A stretch of 46,457 nucleotides of DNA from Bdellovibrio sp. (GTDB lineage Bacteria > Bdellovibrionota > Bdellovibrionia > Bdellovibrionales > Bdellovibrionaceae). The notes beneath the pieces were generated by a model that was given only the letters and a program-made list of their open reading frames with translations, was not told where the DNA came from and searched no databases. Below are positions 45,790 through 46,457 of the stretch, piece after piece. Position 1 is the stretch's first letter. The number at the start of each line of letters is the position of its first letter. The stretch spans positions 1 to 46,457 of the forward strand of contig JBKCUU010000083.1 in the NCBI GenBank assembly GCA_046318155.1, in the 5' to 3' direction. Both the position numbers and the translations under genes were made by a program.

Positions 45790-46457
45790 ATGACTGGACC
45801 TAAGACCCAAATTCTACCCCTTTTCGAGACACTCGTCGAGATCGTTGCGCAATTGCGCGGCCCTGCGGGGTGTCCCTGGGATAAAGAACAGACCCAAAGC
45901 TCGCTGACTCAGTATGCCATAGAAGAGGCGCACGAACTCGCCGAGGCCATCGAAACTGGCCGTCAGCAGGACGTTCTCGAGGAGTTGGGTGACTTTCTCT
46001 TTCAAGTGATTTTACAGGCTCAAGTGGCCAAAGACGAAGGTCACTTTACCCTCGAGCAAGTGATTGCGCAGCTCAATGAAAAGATGGTTCGGCGGCATCC
46101 ACACGTGTTTTCTGACATGACTTTAGGCAGCACCGCCGAAGTGTGGGAAAACTGGGAGAAGATTAAGGCCGCGGAGAAAAGCAATCTGAAATCTCAGGCT
46201 CAAAGTCCAGCCGCGGCCTTGTTTAATTACCCAAAAAATCTTCCCGCCCTTTTAGCGGCGATTAAAATTGGCCGCAAAACCGAAACTTGGAAATTTGATT
46301 GGCAAACGCCCGAGCAAGTTCTCGAAAAAGTCGAAGAAGAGTTTCACGAGACCGCCGAGGCTCTCGAAGAGTTTCGCCAAAACTTGAAGGGCCCCATCGT
46401 TTCTCAAGCTCCGGGGCGCGAGCACCTCGAGCACGAAATTGGCGATTTGCTCTTTGC
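45790..46457 (+). CDS. mazG: Nucleoside triphosphate pyrophosphohydrolase MazG (truncated by window end)
   Basis: Translated by hand from ATG 45790: LRGPAGCPWDKEQT..IEEAHE..EELGD..KMVRRHPHVF..WEKIK..FDW..KVEEE..HEIGDLLF. No stop before the end, so it is absent from the ORF track. Confidence 0.93.
   Translation, partial: MTGPKTQILPLFETLVEIVAQLRGPAGCPWDKEQTQSSLTQYAIEEAHELAEAIETGRQQDVLEELGDFLFQVILQAQVAKDEGHFTLEQVIAQLNEKMVRRHPHVFSDMTLGSTAEVWENWEKIKAAEKSNLKSQAQSPAAALFNYPKNLPALLAAIKIGRKTETWKFDWQTPEQVLEKVEEEFHETAEALEEFRQNLKGPIVSQAPGREHLEHEIGDLLF

Noticed and set aside
1..46457. CRISPR arrays, IS elements, prophage or defence islands
   Set aside because: No regularly spaced repeats, transposase, integrase or phage genes seen. 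The PLD has a signal peptide and no helicase or methylase partner, which argues against a restriction-type defence system.

Overview
A dense window (roughly half G+C) that looks like core chromosome from a Bdellovibrionota-like (deltaproteobacterial-type) bacterium; the taxonomic call is inferred from gene content and order. Left to right: (i) a minus-strand run of nine genes: exported protein, EI24/CysZ-like protein, hotdog thioesterase, His-motif membrane protein, xdhABC, ABC-F (Uup-like) and a secreted double-HKD PLD; (ii) divergent tldD-tldE behind a structured leader with small uORFs; (iii) tRNA-Arg(CCT), an S1 protease and an M15 peptidase lipoprotein; (iv) ribF, an aroE-like gene, then pilB-pilT-like-pilC-pilS-pilR with no pilA, where both the PilT and AroE homologues appear catalytically degenerate; (v) a CHASE2 kinase and sigma54 regulator pair; (vi) an envelope/lipid A superoperon (7TM-HD, ybeY, prfB with +1 frameshift, lolC/E, lolD, bamA, skp, lpxA, gnnA-like, lpxB, lpxK, lpxL, DUF3108-like, two GT9); (vii) a divergent mazG cut by the window end. 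I found no mobile element, CRISPR array or rRNA. The best novelty candidates are the two pseudo-enzymes in the pilus operon, the tldDE leader, a promoter-dependent anti-SD hairpin on the M15 peptidase gene, and the xdh-linked operon. All family assignments come from motif recognition by eye, not database searches.
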